NCBI GenBank assembly: GCA_037189525.1
Contig: JBBCJC010000003.1
Span: forward strand, 160,001-224,000
Source: Gemmatimonadales bacterium
GTDB lineage: Bacteria; Gemmatimonadota; Gemmatimonadetes; Gemmatimonadales; GWC2-71-9
Length of the DNA stretch: 64,000 bases
Direction: 5' to 3'
A model generated the notes under the pieces. It saw nothing but the letters and a program-made list of their open reading frames with translations, was not told the DNA's origin and did no database searches. How positions within the stretch are numbered: the stretch's first letter is position 1; each line of letters begins with the position of its first letter. The translations under genes were made by a program, and so were the position numbers. Shown here piece by piece: positions 47,237 to 57,813 of the stretch.

Positions 47237-50200
47237 TCAAAACGTCATGTTGAGGCGGAACGTGAAGTACGTCGGCGGTGGCGTCGTCTGGAAGTCGCTC
47301 AGGACGCCGATGTTGTCGCCGAAGTACCCGCCGTCGGGATCGATGCCGCTGTAGCCGGTGATCTTGGCCAGGTTGCGGCCGGCTGCGGTCAGGCTCATCC
47401 GCGACGCGCCGAAGGTACGGGCCAGTCGGTCGGGGAACGTGAAGGTCGCCGAGAGTTCGCGGAAGCGGATGATGTCACTCTTCTCGACATAGCCGGCCTG
47501 AGTCCGGGCGGCGTGCACCCGTACCGCCATGGCGCGGGCCTGCTCTTCGAGCGGCGAGTTCGGGTTGACGACGCCGTCGCAGTTGAGGCGGTTGTCGCAG
47601 CGAATCCGCTCGGTGCCGTTCAGCTGGTAGCCACCGGTCTTGGCGTCGAACAGCGTCTGGATCCGCAGCTTGCGGCCGAACAGCTCGAAGGCGTTGAAGA
47701 AGGTGAATTCACCGACGGGCATCGACGGGCCGATGTACTCGTTTTCGGGCGTCACCGTAAGTTCGTCGAGCGCGATCAGGCCGTCGCCGTTCCGGTCCTC
47801 ATAGGTAAAGGTCCGCATCCACCAGCCCTGGATCGGATAGCCCTCGATGTCCGAGTTCGTCGTGCCGAGGTTGGGCGGCGTGCCGCCGAGGTCGACGATC
47901 TTGTTCTTGTTATAGGAGCCGCTCAGCGTGAAGTCCCAGCCAAAGGACCGGCCGTTGACCGGATTGACGTTGAGGGCCACTTCGACCCCGCGGTTGCGCA
48001 CCTGGCCGATGTTTTCGAATCGGGTCGCCGCCGCGCCGACCGACGGAGCCACGACGCGGCTGATCAGGGCGTCCCGGCTGTTCTTGTTGTAGTACGTGAA
48101 TTCGAGGTTCACGACGTTGAGCAGGTTGGCATCGAATCCGAGTTCCAGCTCTTGCGACCGCTCCGGCTTGAGGTTCGGATTCCCGAGCGCGGAAAAGATG
48201 ATCCCGGGGGTGTCGGCGTTGTCGGCACTGACGGTGGTCGGCGTGAAGTACGCGATCGCATCGTTCCCGCCGGGCTGGCGGCCGGCCGCGCCCAGTGCGG
48301 AGCGGAGCCGCAGGCTGTTGAGGAAGCTGCCCTTCGGGAAGAAATCCTCGTCCGAGATCACGTACGAGACCGCGACCTTCGGGTAATAGACCCGCTTGAA
48401 CTGATTGCCAAAGGCGCTGTTGCGGTCGGAGCGGATTGCGCCGGTCAGATAGAGTCGGTCGTTGAAGCTGAACTGCTGCTCGGCGAAGTAGCCGAGGGTC
48501 ACGCTCGAATAGGTCGCTTCACCGGCCGAGAGCAGGGCGCCGGCGTCGATGGTCGAGGCGCCCGGGGCCAGTTCGGAGGCCGACGCGAGGTTCCGGGTGT
48601 TGTTCTCCTTGGCATACTGGACACCTGCCGTGCTGCGCGAACCGATGCCCATGAAGTTGTAGTTCGCGGTTAGCGAGGCATCACCGGTATAGTTGAAGAA
48701 GGTGGTCCGGTTGTTGACCTTGAAGCCCAGCCGGTTGGTGCCGACGAAGGGACACTGATCCCGAATACAGAGCTCGAGGTCTTCCCGTGAGATGAAGTCC
48801 ACGCCGCCGACCACTCGGCCGGAGAGCCAGGTCGTGGGGCGATAGTTGAAGGTGACGCTGGTGATGGAGCGGTTGATGTTCTGCGTGTTGGTCATCGCAA
48901 AGCTCTCGTCCGGCGTCGACTGCCGCCAGCCGAGATTGTTGCGTTCGGCGCCGCCCAGGGTGACGAGATAGTTCTTGAAGCCCGGTCCGCCGAACCCGTT
49001 CGAGCCGATGCCGTTGGCATTGTTGTCGGTCTGCGGCAGCCGCAACGCGCTGGTGATGAACCCGCTCGACAGCGTGACGTCCATCTTGTCGTTCAGGTTG
49101 GCATTGATGTTACCGCGAACGCTGACCCGGCGCAGACGATTCGGGTGGACCTGCTCGTCCGGTACCTCGCTGATGCTGCGCAGTTCGCGCACCCGGGCCT
49201 GGAAGGTTTCGGGCAGCTGCATCAGGCCGGTTTCCTTTTCCCACTCGCCGGCGACGTAATAGCGGACCGTTTCGCCGCCGCCGGAGGCCTGCAGACCGAA
49301 CTGATTGCGGCTGCCGGTGCCCAGGACAGACGATTCCGGATCTTCCCAGAGGTTGTACGACGTCACACTGTCTTGGACGCACGAGTTAGTCAGTACCTGG
49401 CTCAGGAGACACTGGACCGTGTTGGCCGCGGTGCTGTTGGTGGTGGCGGTCGTGCCGGTTCGCCAGCCGCGGTAGGCAATCGGATACTTGTTGTAGTCCT
49501 TGATGTACCCCTGCTCGGCGTAGGCATTCCAGACGGTGGCGCCGGCGCGGCCCTGTTTGGTCTTGATCACGATCACGCCGTTGGCGGCGTCGGTGCCGTA
49601 CAGCGTTGACGCCGAGGGGCCGCGCACCACGTCGATCGACTCGATATCCTCGGGGTTGAGGTCGTTGATCCGGCTTGGTCCGGACCCGCCGATACCGTTG
49701 GAGGTCGAATTCACGTCACCCGCGACTCGAATGCCGTCCACGATGTAGATCGGATTGTTCGAGAGCGACAGCGAACTGTTGCCGCGGATCCGGACCCGGG
49801 CGCCGCCACCGGTCAGCGCACCTGGCAGCACGACTACGCCAGGTGCCTTGGCTACCAGCAGGTCGTTCATGTTGGCAATCGGCGTGGTGGCGACCAGATT
49901 GGCCACCTCGACCGTGGAGACCGCGTTGCCGATCGATCGGCGCGACTCTTCACCGGTAGCGGTGGTGACGATCTCGTCGAGCCGGTATGGCGTGGGGCTC
50001 AAGCCGGCGTCGAGAGAGGTCGTTTGTCCGGCCGTCACGGTCGCGGTCAGGGTTTGGGCTGCGTAGCCGATCTGTGAGAATCGGACCGACTGCGTTCCGG
50101 CCGGAACGTTGATCAGGCGGTAGCGCCCTTCCATGCTGGTCAGCGCGCTCAGCGTCGTCCCGGGGATCGAAACCCGGGCACCCGAAAGCGGAGCTTGTGT

Positions 50201-50314
50201 CGTCGCATCAGTCACTTTGCCGCTTACTGTGCCGCCAGTCTGGGCAGCAACCGGCCCGGTCAAGCCGGTCAGTATTGCGCCCACGACGAGAAATTGGGGT
50301 ACTCCGAGTCGCAT
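47237..50314 (-). CDS. SusC/RagA-family TonB-dependent transporter (SusC-4)
   Basis: Signal peptide, LDEIVTT, DIESIDVVRGPSASTLYGTDAANGVIVIKTK, C-terminal LNMTF. Confidence 0.95.
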   Translation of the reverse strand: MRLGVPQFLVVGAILTGLTGPVAAQTGGTVSGKVTDATTQAPLSGARVSIPGTTLSALTSMEGRYRLINVPAGTQSVRFSQIGYAAQTLTATVTAGQTTSLDAGLSPTPYRLDEIVTTATGEESRRSIGNAVSTVEVANLVATTPIANMNDLLVAKAPGVVVLPGALTGGGARVRIRGNSSLSLSNNPIYIVDGIRVAGDVNSTSNGIGGSGPSRINDLNPEDIESIDVVRGPSASTLYGTDAANGVIVIKTKQGRAGATVWNAYAEQGYIKDYNKYPIAYRGWRTGTTATTNSTAANTVQCLLSQVLTNSCVQDSVTSYNLWEDPESSVLGTGSRNQFGLQASGGGETVRYYVAGEWEKETGLMQLPETFQARVRELRSISEVPDEQVHPNRLRRVSVRGNINANLNDKMDVTLSSGFITSALRLPQTDNNANGIGSNGFGGPGFKNYLVTLGGAERNNLGWRQSTPDESFAMTNTQNINRSITSVTFNYRPTTWLSGRVVGGVDFISREDLELCIRDQCPFVGTNRLGFKVNNRTTFFNYTGDASLTANYNFMGIGSRSTAGVQYAKENNTRNLASASELAPGASTIDAGALLSAGEATYSSVTLGYFAEQQFSFNDRLYLTGAIRSDRNSAFGNQFKRVYYPKVAVSYVISDEDFFPKGSFLNSLRLRSALGAAGRQPGGNDAIAYFTPTTVSADNADTPGIIFSALGNPNLKPERSQELELGFDANLLNVVNLEFTYYNKNSRDALISRVVAPSVGAAATRFENIGQVRNRGVEVALNVNPVNGRSFGWDFTLSGSYNKNKIVDLGGTPPNLGTTNSDIEGYPIQGWWMRTFTYEDRNGDGLIALDELTVTPENEYIGPSMPVGEFTFFNAFELFGRKLRIQTLFDAKTGGYQLNGTERIRCDNRLNCDGVVNPNSPLEEQARAMAVRVHAARTQAGYVEKSDIIRFRELSATFTFPDRLARTFGASRMSLTAAGRNLAKITGYSGIDPDGGYFGDNIGVLSDFQTTPPPTYFTFRLNMTF

Positions 50315-50563
50315 GACGGACCCTTCCCTGGCTAGTGGTGGACAGATTGTGATTGGGTGTGCGAGGGTCTTCGCCTGCGGAAGACCGCGACCCTTCAATG
50401 CTGCATTGCTTGTGCCGCTTGCCGGGGTAAGGTGAATACCCTTGCTCCGCAAAGGCTTACGTTCCGGTCAGGGAAAACCGGAGTCGTGTGCGATGGACAC
50501 GCCCTGCCGGGCAAGCGTGTCAGGGTGACACGAGGCCCGAGACCGCGTGTCGGAGATCGAGAC

Positions 50564-50971
50564 TTACCAGTCGGTGGGGAACTCGGTCGGGATCTGTCCG
50601 GCGATGGCGACGAGTTCGCGAGCGGATCCGGCATGCGGAACCAGTTGCGCAATCTCGCCCCGCGCCAGCCGGATCCGTCCTGACATCAGAGCCATCAAGG
50701 GCGCCTGTCGCCCGCTGAGCAGGTCGCGCCAGGCGGCGCCGGTGCCCTCGAGGACGAAAGCGGCATCGGCCAGATCCGCGTCGGAAGCGATCCGGGCGCT
50801 CCGGCATTGGCCTCGGTACAGATCGAGAAAGACGGCTGCCGGCAACATGTTGCCGTTGGTGGCAACGATTGCGACGGAGCCCTCCCAGGTGGCGGCGGCT
50901 GCCTGATACGCATCACTCCCGTTCAACGCGGCGCACCAAGCGTGAGCCCACGGTTCCGAAAAGGCGATCAT
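50564..50971 (-). CDS. SCP2 sterol/lipid-binding domain protein
   Basis: FSEPWA...LN...YQAAAATWEG, FLDLYRGQC, PLMALMSGRIRL pattern. Confidence 0.8.
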   Translation of the reverse strand: MIAFSEPWAHAWCAALNGSDAYQAAAATWEGSVAIVATNGNMLPAAVFLDLYRGQCRSARIASDADLADAAFVLEGTGAAWRDLLSGRQAPLMALMSGRIRLARGEIAQLVPHAGSARELVAIAGQIPTEFPTDW

Positions 50972-51497
50972 CGTCGTTCCGTCATTTCCTGAAGTGAGAG
51001 TGACCTGGCCATTTTGGCCCGTCGGAAGGCAGACCAAAGTAATCGCGGCGCTTCCGATTGTCGGCGGCTGGGCAGGTTGCGCGGCAAGTGTCCCTGTCGG
51101 TTGCCTCTGCGTGGCTGGCCGTGTCGGAACGTTACGGGCATGACCGAAGGTCCCGTGTCTTTTCGACGCGCCGTCTGTCAGCTGTCGTCCTAACTAGTTG
51201 TTGTGCAATGACTTGACGACTCGGTCGGACGCGGCGCGGGGGTTGCTCCGGTGGCCGGGTGCGGCCCGGTCATCGACCGGTGGAAGAGAGAGCCCGGTCG
51301 TAATTGACCGGTTTTCGGACCCTGATGGGGTTGCCGCGATGCAGGGGGCTTCATAGTGAGTATCGACCCGACGGGGTCGACCCGACGGCGGTTCCCCGGA
51401 GCCGTTTCCGATACCCATCTGCTTGGAACCGCCAGGGGGTGGGTATCGGCGTCGTGGTTCATGCAGGAAGCAACTCCACTATCAACTCGAGGGATCA

Positions 51498-54455
51498 ATG
51501 AAGATTGGTCGCAGGGTGCTCATGCTCGGTATAGCCGGGCTGCTTGCGGCTCCCGGCTGGCTCGCCGCTCAGGCGCGTGAGATCACCGGGACCGTTTCGC
51601 GTTCAGGGTCGGGCGAACCGATTGCCGAAGCAACGGTGACCCTGGTAGGGACCACCACGGTCGCTCGAACCGATGCCGCCGGCCGGTACAGCATCACGGC
51701 GAGCGGGGATGCCCGCCTGATGTTTCGGGCCATCGGCTTCACACGGCGCGAAGCTGTGGTTCCGGCCGGTCAGAGCACGATGAACGTCTCGCTCGACCAG
51801 GACATCTTCAGGCTCGACGAAGTCATCGTCGCCGGTGCCGCGACCTCGGTCGAACGGCGCGCGGCCACGACCGCGATTGCCGTGGTCGGCGGCGAGGATG
51901 TGGCCAAGGTGGCCGCCCCGACCTTCGAGTCCGCGCTCAATGGCCGGATCAGCGGCGTCAACATTCAGTCGAACTCCGGCGCGCCGGGCGGTGGTATCCA
52001 GATGCAGATCCGTGGCAACACCACGGTGCTCGGCGCTTCGGATCCGCTCTTCGTCATCGACGGTGTCATCTACAGCAACACGCGCATCAACGGCGGCCGA
52101 GCATCGGCCATCGCCGGTGCGAGCGTGAACGAAGACGACCCGGTCAACCGCGTGGCCGACGTCAACCCGGCCGACATTGCGAGCATCGAGATCCTGAAGG
52201 GCGCCGCGGCGTCGTCGATCTACGGCTCGAAAGCGTCCAACGGCGTGGTGGTCATTAAGACCATCCGCGGTCAGGCCGGGCAGACCCGGGCCAACGTGTC
52301 GCAGCGGGTCGGCACCTTTGATCTGCAGCGCAAACTGCAGAGCCGGAACTTCCAGACGATCGAGGAAGCGGTCGACGTGTTCGGCGAGGCGAAGCGGGCC
52401 GCGCTGGCGCCGTACTTCGCGGGCGGGGCGCCGCGCACCTACGATCTGTACGAAGAGGTGTACGGCCGCAATGCGGTGTCCTATGAAACCGTCGCCGACG
52501 TGAGCGGCGGCACCGAGCAGACGCGCTTTTTCGTCTCGGGCACCTGGAAGCGCGATGAGGGCATCGCCGACAACAGCGGCTTTGGTCGCCAGGGTCTACG
52601 GGTCAACGTCGATCAGAAGCTGAGCAACAAGCTGGACGTCTCGGTGAGCAGCGTCTTCAACCGGTCGCTGGAGCAGCGGAGCTTTGCCAACAACGGCAAC
52701 GCCGGCGGCACGGCCGGATACGCGCTGGCGTATCAGCCGAACTTCCAGTCGCTCCTGCCGGGCGCCGACGGCCGCTTTACCGAGGTGCCGTTGACCGGCT
52801 ACTTCAACGCGAACCCCGTCCAGACCAACCGGCTGTCGGACAACAACACCGAAACCAACCGCTTCACGGGCGGAGCCAACCTGAACTGGCGGGCGTTTAC
52901 CAACGAGCGCCAGAGCTTCCTGTTCACGGCGGGCGCCGGCGTCGACATCTTCAACCAGGGCGATGAGATCTACACGCCGCCCGATCTCTTCTGGGAGCAG
53001 ATCAAGGCCCGGCCGGGCACGGCCAGCGAGCAGGCCGGGGTGAGCCGCCAGGCCAACTGGAACCTGAACGGCGTGCATACCTTGCGGCCCTCGTCGGGCT
53101 TTGTCACGGCGACGACGTCGTTCGGCGTGCAGTACGAGGATCGGCAGCTCAAGATCACCCGGGTGAGCAACACCAATCTCATCCCGGGACAGTCGAACGT
53201 GAACCGGGGCACCACGCCGGTTGCGGCGGAAGACCTGACGCGCGAGCGCACCTTTGCGCTCTATGCTCAAGAAGACCTGATGCTTCTCGATGACCGGATG
53301 CTCATCTCCGGCGGCCTGCGCGCCGAGCGGAGCAGCGCCAACGGCAACATCGACAAGTACTACATCTTCCCGAAGATCTCGGGTTCGTACCGGTTCAGCG
53401 ATCTGTTGGGCCAGGGCTCGCAGCTCAAGCTGCGCGCGGCATACGGCGAAACCGGCAACCAGCCCCTGTTCGGGCAGAAATTCACTACGCTCCTCACCCC
53501 GCAGTTCGGCGGCGTCAACGGCTTTACGCTGTCGACCGTCGCCGGTGCGCCGAACATCGAGCCGGAGCGCCTGAAAGAGGTGGAAGCCGGCTTCGAGGCC
53601 GAGCTCTTCCGCAGCCGGGTGGTGCTCGACGTCACGTACTACAACCGGAATACCACGAACCTGCTGCTCAATCGCGTGCCGCCGCCCTCATCCGGCTTTA
53701 CGCAGGAAGTGATCAACGGCGGCAAGGTGCAGAACAAGGGGATCGAAGCTTCCCTTGGTGTGACGCCGATCCAGGGGCGGAATGCCCAGCTGGTCACGCG
53801 GGCCACCTTCACGCTCAACCGCAATAAGGTGATCGAGCTCCCGGTGGCCTCGTTCCGGCCGCCCAATGCCGGGTTCGGTGGCCTCGGCACGACGTTCGTC
53901 GAGGTCGGGCAGCCGATGACGCAGATCGTCGGGTTCGGATTCGACGAGGACACGGTGCGCATTCCCACGCAGATGCGGTTGGGGAACTCCGCGCCGGATT
54001 TCCGGATCGGGTTTGTCAATGATCTGACCGTCAAGGCATTCAACTTCAGCATGGTCTGGGACTGGCAGCAGGGCGGCAACGTGATCAACCTGACCCAGTT
54101 CCTCTATGACGACGGTGGCAACGCCGCGGACCATGGCTCGCCGGACCACGCCTACCGGATGAAGGGCTACAACAGCGGCGTGATGACGCCGTACATCGAG
54201 GACGCGACCTTCCTCAAGCTGCGCGAGGTTTCGGTCGGGGTCAATCTGCCGCGCTCGTTCGCGAACGCGCTCAGCGTCGGCGCCCGCGACGTCCGCCTCA
54301 GCGTGACCGGGCGGAACCTGCTGATGCTCACCAACTATACCGGTCTCGACCCCGAGGTCGCCAACTTCGGCTCCACGGCCATCCGGAACAACCTCGACGT
54401 CGGACCGTTCCCGCCGAGCCGCAGCGTTTTCTTCAACATCGCGGTGGGCTTCTAA
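51498..54455 (+). CDS. SusC/RagA-family TonB-dependent transporter (SusC-5)
   Basis: GAGG SD; signal peptide; LDEVIV, DPLFVIDG, DIASIEILKGAAASSIYGSKASNGVVVIKT, EDATFLKLRE, C-terminal VGF. Confidence 0.95.
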   Translation: MKIGRRVLMLGIAGLLAAPGWLAAQAREITGTVSRSGSGEPIAEATVTLVGTTTVARTDAAGRYSITASGDARLMFRAIGFTRREAVVPAGQSTMNVSLDQDIFRLDEVIVAGAATSVERRAATTAIAVVGGEDVAKVAAPTFESALNGRISGVNIQSNSGAPGGGIQMQIRGNTTVLGASDPLFVIDGVIYSNTRINGGRASAIAGASVNEDDPVNRVADVNPADIASIEILKGAAASSIYGSKASNGVVVIKTIRGQAGQTRANVSQRVGTFDLQRKLQSRNFQTIEEAVDVFGEAKRAALAPYFAGGAPRTYDLYEEVYGRNAVSYETVADVSGGTEQTRFFVSGTWKRDEGIADNSGFGRQGLRVNVDQKLSNKLDVSVSSVFNRSLEQRSFANNGNAGGTAGYALAYQPNFQSLLPGADGRFTEVPLTGYFNANPVQTNRLSDNNTETNRFTGGANLNWRAFTNERQSFLFTAGAGVDIFNQGDEIYTPPDLFWEQIKARPGTASEQAGVSRQANWNLNGVHTLRPSSGFVTATTSFGVQYEDRQLKITRVSNTNLIPGQSNVNRGTTPVAAEDLTRERTFALYAQEDLMLLDDRMLISGGLRAERSSANGNIDKYYIFPKISGSYRFSDLLGQGSQLKLRAAYGETGNQPLFGQKFTTLLTPQFGGVNGFTLSTVAGAPNIEPERLKEVEAGFEAELFRSRVVLDVTYYNRNTTNLLLNRVPPPSSGFTQEVINGGKVQNKGIEASLGVTPIQGRNAQLVTRATFTLNRNKVIELPVASFRPPNAGFGGLGTTFVEVGQPMTQIVGFGFDEDTVRIPTQMRLGNSAPDFRIGFVNDLTVKAFNFSMVWDWQQGGNVINLTQFLYDDGGNAADHGSPDHAYRMKGYNSGVMTPYIEDATFLKLREVSVGVNLPRSFANALSVGARDVRLSVTGRNLLMLTNYTGLDPEVANFGSTAIRNNLDVGPFPPSRSVFFNIAVGF

Positions 54456-54456
54456 T

Positions 54457-55884
54457 ATGAAAACGACGATGAATCGACGACTGTTGGGTCTCGGGCTGGC
54501 CGGCGCGCTGGCGCTCTCCGCCTGCGGAGACTTCGACGTACCGACTACCAACGCACCGACCGTGGACCAGCTGTCGGGCCGGCTGGCTCTGGCGCGGACG
54601 GCTACCGGGATCATGTCCCAGGCCAACACCGACATGGCCGGCCAGATCCAGCAGTGGGGTATCTATGGCCGCGAAGTCTGGAACCTCCTGGGTAACGATC
54701 CGCGGGAAACCGGCGAAGAGATCCGCGGTCCGCAGGACGCCGCCGGCCGCGCCGGCGGGCAGTGGGGCGGTAAGTACGTCGCCCTCCGGACCATCAATGC
54801 ATATCTGACGGCGGTTGGTGAGTCGGCCGAGTTGTCGGAGGCCGAGAAGTCGGCGGCGCGCGGGCTGGCCAAGACCTTCGCCGGCTACCACTTCTACAAG
54901 CTCGCCGTCCGGTCGGGGCCTCTCGGGCTGCCGATCGACGTCGACCGGCCGATCGACGCGGATCCGGCGCCGTTCGTGTCGCAGCAAGCGGCATTCGAGC
55001 ACGCGGTGTCGCTGCTGAACCAGGCGTACACGGATCTCCAGGCCGGTGGCGCAGCCTTCCCGTTCACGATGGCGCCCGGATATACCGGATTCACTACTCC
55101 GAGCACTTTCGCGACGTTCAATCGCGGTCTCGTGGCCAAGGTGCAGGTCGACCGGGCGCTGCTTGCGGGGTGCGGCCAGCAGTGTTTCCAGGCTGCGCTC
55201 ACGGCACTCGGCCAGTCGTTCATCACCACGGCCGGCCTCCCGGGATCCCTCACGACCGGCGTCTACCTTGCCTATGACGGCGCCTCCGGTGAGCCGACCA
55301 ACCCGGTCAGCGAGCCCCTGACGGCACTCCGGTTCTTCATGCATCCGTCGCTCGAAGCGCTGGTGCAGAACCAGGCAAATGCGTCGCCGGACCTGCGGTG
55401 GACGTCCAAGGTTCGTCGGATCGCTGAAGCGCGCACATTTGCCAACCTGACCAGCGACCTCAAGCCGATCCTTTACAACACCAACACGGCGACCTCGTCG
55501 GTGGCCAACCTCGGCGCCGACATCCCGCTGCTCAAGAACGAGGAGCTCCTGCTGATCCGTGCCGAGGCCAATTTCGGGATGGGGAACAAGCAGGCGGCGC
55601 TCGACGATATCAATCTCGTCAGGGTGAACTCTGGCGGGCTGGCGCCAAGCACGCTGACCGCCGCGAGCCCGGATGCCGACATCGTCTCGGAGCTGTTGTA
55701 CAACCGCCTCTTCTCGCTGCTGGCTGAGCAAGGGACGCGGTGGGTCGACGCGCGGAAGTACGGGCGGCTTGGCTCTCTCCCGATCGATCGGGCGGGAGAC
55801 GTGGTACATCCGTACATGCTGATCCCGGCCGGCGAGTGTGACGCGCGTGGTTTGAGCGTTCCCTGCACGCCGCTCGGAAACTGA
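54457..55884 (+). CDS. SusD/RagB-family lipoprotein (SusD-5)
   Basis: Lipobox LSAC; NEELLLIRAEA, SLLAEQGTRWVDARK. Confidence 0.92.
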   Translation: MKTTMNRRLLGLGLAGALALSACGDFDVPTTNAPTVDQLSGRLALARTATGIMSQANTDMAGQIQQWGIYGREVWNLLGNDPRETGEEIRGPQDAAGRAGGQWGGKYVALRTINAYLTAVGESAELSEAEKSAARGLAKTFAGYHFYKLAVRSGPLGLPIDVDRPIDADPAPFVSQQAAFEHAVSLLNQAYTDLQAGGAAFPFTMAPGYTGFTTPSTFATFNRGLVAKVQVDRALLAGCGQQCFQAALTALGQSFITTAGLPGSLTTGVYLAYDGASGEPTNPVSEPLTALRFFMHPSLEALVQNQANASPDLRWTSKVRRIAEARTFANLTSDLKPILYNTNTATSSVANLGADIPLLKNEELLLIRAEANFGMGNKQAALDDINLVRVNSGGLAPSTLTAASPDADIVSELLYNRLFSLLAEQGTRWVDARKYGRLGSLPIDRAGDVVHPYMLIPAGECDARGLSVPCTPLGN

Positions 55885-55919
55885 TCCAGGAGGTTCTTGA
55901 TCCGTCAGGTTCGTACGCG

Positions 55920-55953
55920 AATGGGGGGAGAGGCGATTGCCTCTCCCCCCATT
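55920..55953. terminator. Bidirectional terminator between susD-5 and ftcD
   Basis: AATGGGGGGAGAGGC-GATT-GCCTCTCCCCCCATT perfect 15-bp stem. Confidence 0.85.
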
Positions 55954-55972
55954 TCGTATCCCCCTAGGTGTA

Positions 55973-57658
55973 TCAGGTAAACTTCGATTCGACCACCCGC
56001 TGGATCGCGGCCTCGAGCGCCGGGACCTCGGCGGCGAGCCGTTCGCCCTCGCGGACCCAGTCGGCCACCAGCTCGGGCTGCTTGAGCCCGGCGACGTTGG
56101 TCCGGACGTTGAGCCAGGCGCCCAGGACCGCCGAGCGCGCGCAGAGCGCGCCGACCCCGGCATCCGACGCCGAGGCCGGGTTGCCATGCTCCGCCATGGC
56201 CGCGAGAATCGCGAACGTGGCATACGCAGCTTGCATGACACGGAAGGGCACTTCCGTCGCGCCCCGATTGGCGGCTTCGAGGGCCGCTGCCCGTGCCGCC
56301 TTCTCCTCGTCGGATCCTTTCGGCATGCCGAGCGCGATCATCACCTGGTCGAACGCCCGGGTATCCTCGTCGACGGCGCGCAGCAGGCGATCCTTGAGGG
56401 CTTGCGCCTGCTCCGCCCAGGCCGAAAACTCCTCCCAACGGGCATCCCAGCCCCGCTTGTGGGCGCTCAGGTTGGCCACCATCGAACCGAGCGCGGCGGC
56501 GAGCGCACCAAGCAGCGCGGACACCGATCCGCCGCCGGGCGCGACCGACTCGCTGGCCGTCACATCGGCAAAGTCGGCGACGGTCCGGTCGATCAGACGC
56601 TTGGGACCACCCTGGCGGAGCCGGTACTCGATGATCCGTTCCTCGGGTTTGAATGGCCCCAACTGGTCGAGGCCGAGCGAGGTGACGGCAATGTGAATCA
56701 GTTCGTCTTCGGACACGCCGAGCGAGCGCTCCTGCTTGCGCAGGAAGTGGCGTCCGGCCTGGAGCATGGTGTCGAGCGGCACCAGTCCCACGAGTTCGGA
56801 GCCGGTCACCCGGATGCCGCGCGCCTCGGCCGCCCGGCAGACTTCGTCGAAAGCGGTATGGAGCGGCGTGACCGCCAGGTTGGTCAGGTTCATCGACACC
56901 TGAGCCACCCGATATTCGTCGATGTACCAGCCGATGGCTTTGACGGCCTTGAGCGTGCCGGGAATCATTTCCTGCTTCCCGTCAGCGCCGACCCGAATCT
57001 TTCCGGTCAGCGGATTGCCGTCGCGCGCGGGGCGGCCGGCCTCGCGGACATCGAAGGCAATGGCATTGGCGCGCCGGGTCGAGGTGGTATTCAGATTGAC
57101 GTTGTAGGCCACCAGGAAGTCGCGTGCGCCGATGACGGTGGCGCCGGTCTTCGGATTGAACGTGGTCGGCCCGAAGTCGGGCTTCCACACCGGGTCGCCC
57201 ATCTTCTTGGCAAAACCCTCGTACTCCCCGGCGCGAATCGTGGCCAGATTTTTCCGAGCGGGATTGGGCTGGGCATGCTCGTAGAGGTAGACCGGAATGC
57301 CGAGTTCGCTGCCCACCCGGCGAGCGAGCTCGGTGGCATAGGCCGCGGTCTCTTCCATCGTGATGCCCGAGATCGGCACCAGCGGGCAGACGTCGGTGGC
57401 GCCCATCCGGGGATGTTCGCCCTGGTGGCTCCGCATGTCGATCAATTCACCGGCCACTTTGATGGCCCGATAGGCGGCTTCGATGACCGGGCCGGGAGCG
57501 CCGGCAAAGGTCACCACGGTCCGGTTGGTGGACACACCGGGGTCGACATGGAGCAGGGTGACGCCCTCGACCTGCTCCACCGCGTCGGTGATCTGACGGA
57601 TGACGGCCGGGTCGCGGCCTTCACTGAAGTTGGGTACGCACTCGATCAGCTGGGACAT
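55973..57658 (-). CDS. ftcD: Bifunctional glutamate formiminotransferase / formiminotetrahydrofolate cyclodeaminase
   Basis: ECVPNFSEG, HQGEHPRMGATDVCP, GSELVGL; cyclodeaminase motifs APGGGSVSA and GNPASASDAGV. Confidence 0.95.
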   Translation of the reverse strand: MSQLIECVPNFSEGRDPAVIRQITDAVEQVEGVTLLHVDPGVSTNRTVVTFAGAPGPVIEAAYRAIKVAGELIDMRSHQGEHPRMGATDVCPLVPISGITMEETAAYATELARRVGSELGIPVYLYEHAQPNPARKNLATIRAGEYEGFAKKMGDPVWKPDFGPTTFNPKTGATVIGARDFLVAYNVNLNTTSTRRANAIAFDVREAGRPARDGNPLTGKIRVGADGKQEMIPGTLKAVKAIGWYIDEYRVAQVSMNLTNLAVTPLHTAFDEVCRAAEARGIRVTGSELVGLVPLDTMLQAGRHFLRKQERSLGVSEDELIHIAVTSLGLDQLGPFKPEERIIEYRLRQGGPKRLIDRTVADFADVTASESVAPGGGSVSALLGALAAALGSMVANLSAHKRGWDARWEEFSAWAEQAQALKDRLLRAVDEDTRAFDQVMIALGMPKGSDEEKAARAAALEAANRGATEVPFRVMQAAYATFAILAAMAEHGNPASASDAGVGALCARSAVLGAWLNVRTNVAGLKQPELVADWVREGERLAAEVPALEAAIQRVVESKFT

Positions 57659-57813
57659 GGCCTTCCCATCGGGGACGGATGGCAACGGGCCCCCGCGAGT
57701 CGCATTCGGACTCGGGGGGCGCGTCGAACGGTAGCTGGGCAGCGCGACACCGGCGGCGCCGCGCCTTCAAGTATAGCGGATTTCGATACGGCGGGGGCCG
57801 GCCGGCGTCGAGG

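Noticed and set aside
42799..48673. 685-aa and 582-aa plus-strand ORFs
   Set aside because: Antisense to the M14 peptidase and susCD-4; explained by codon bias.
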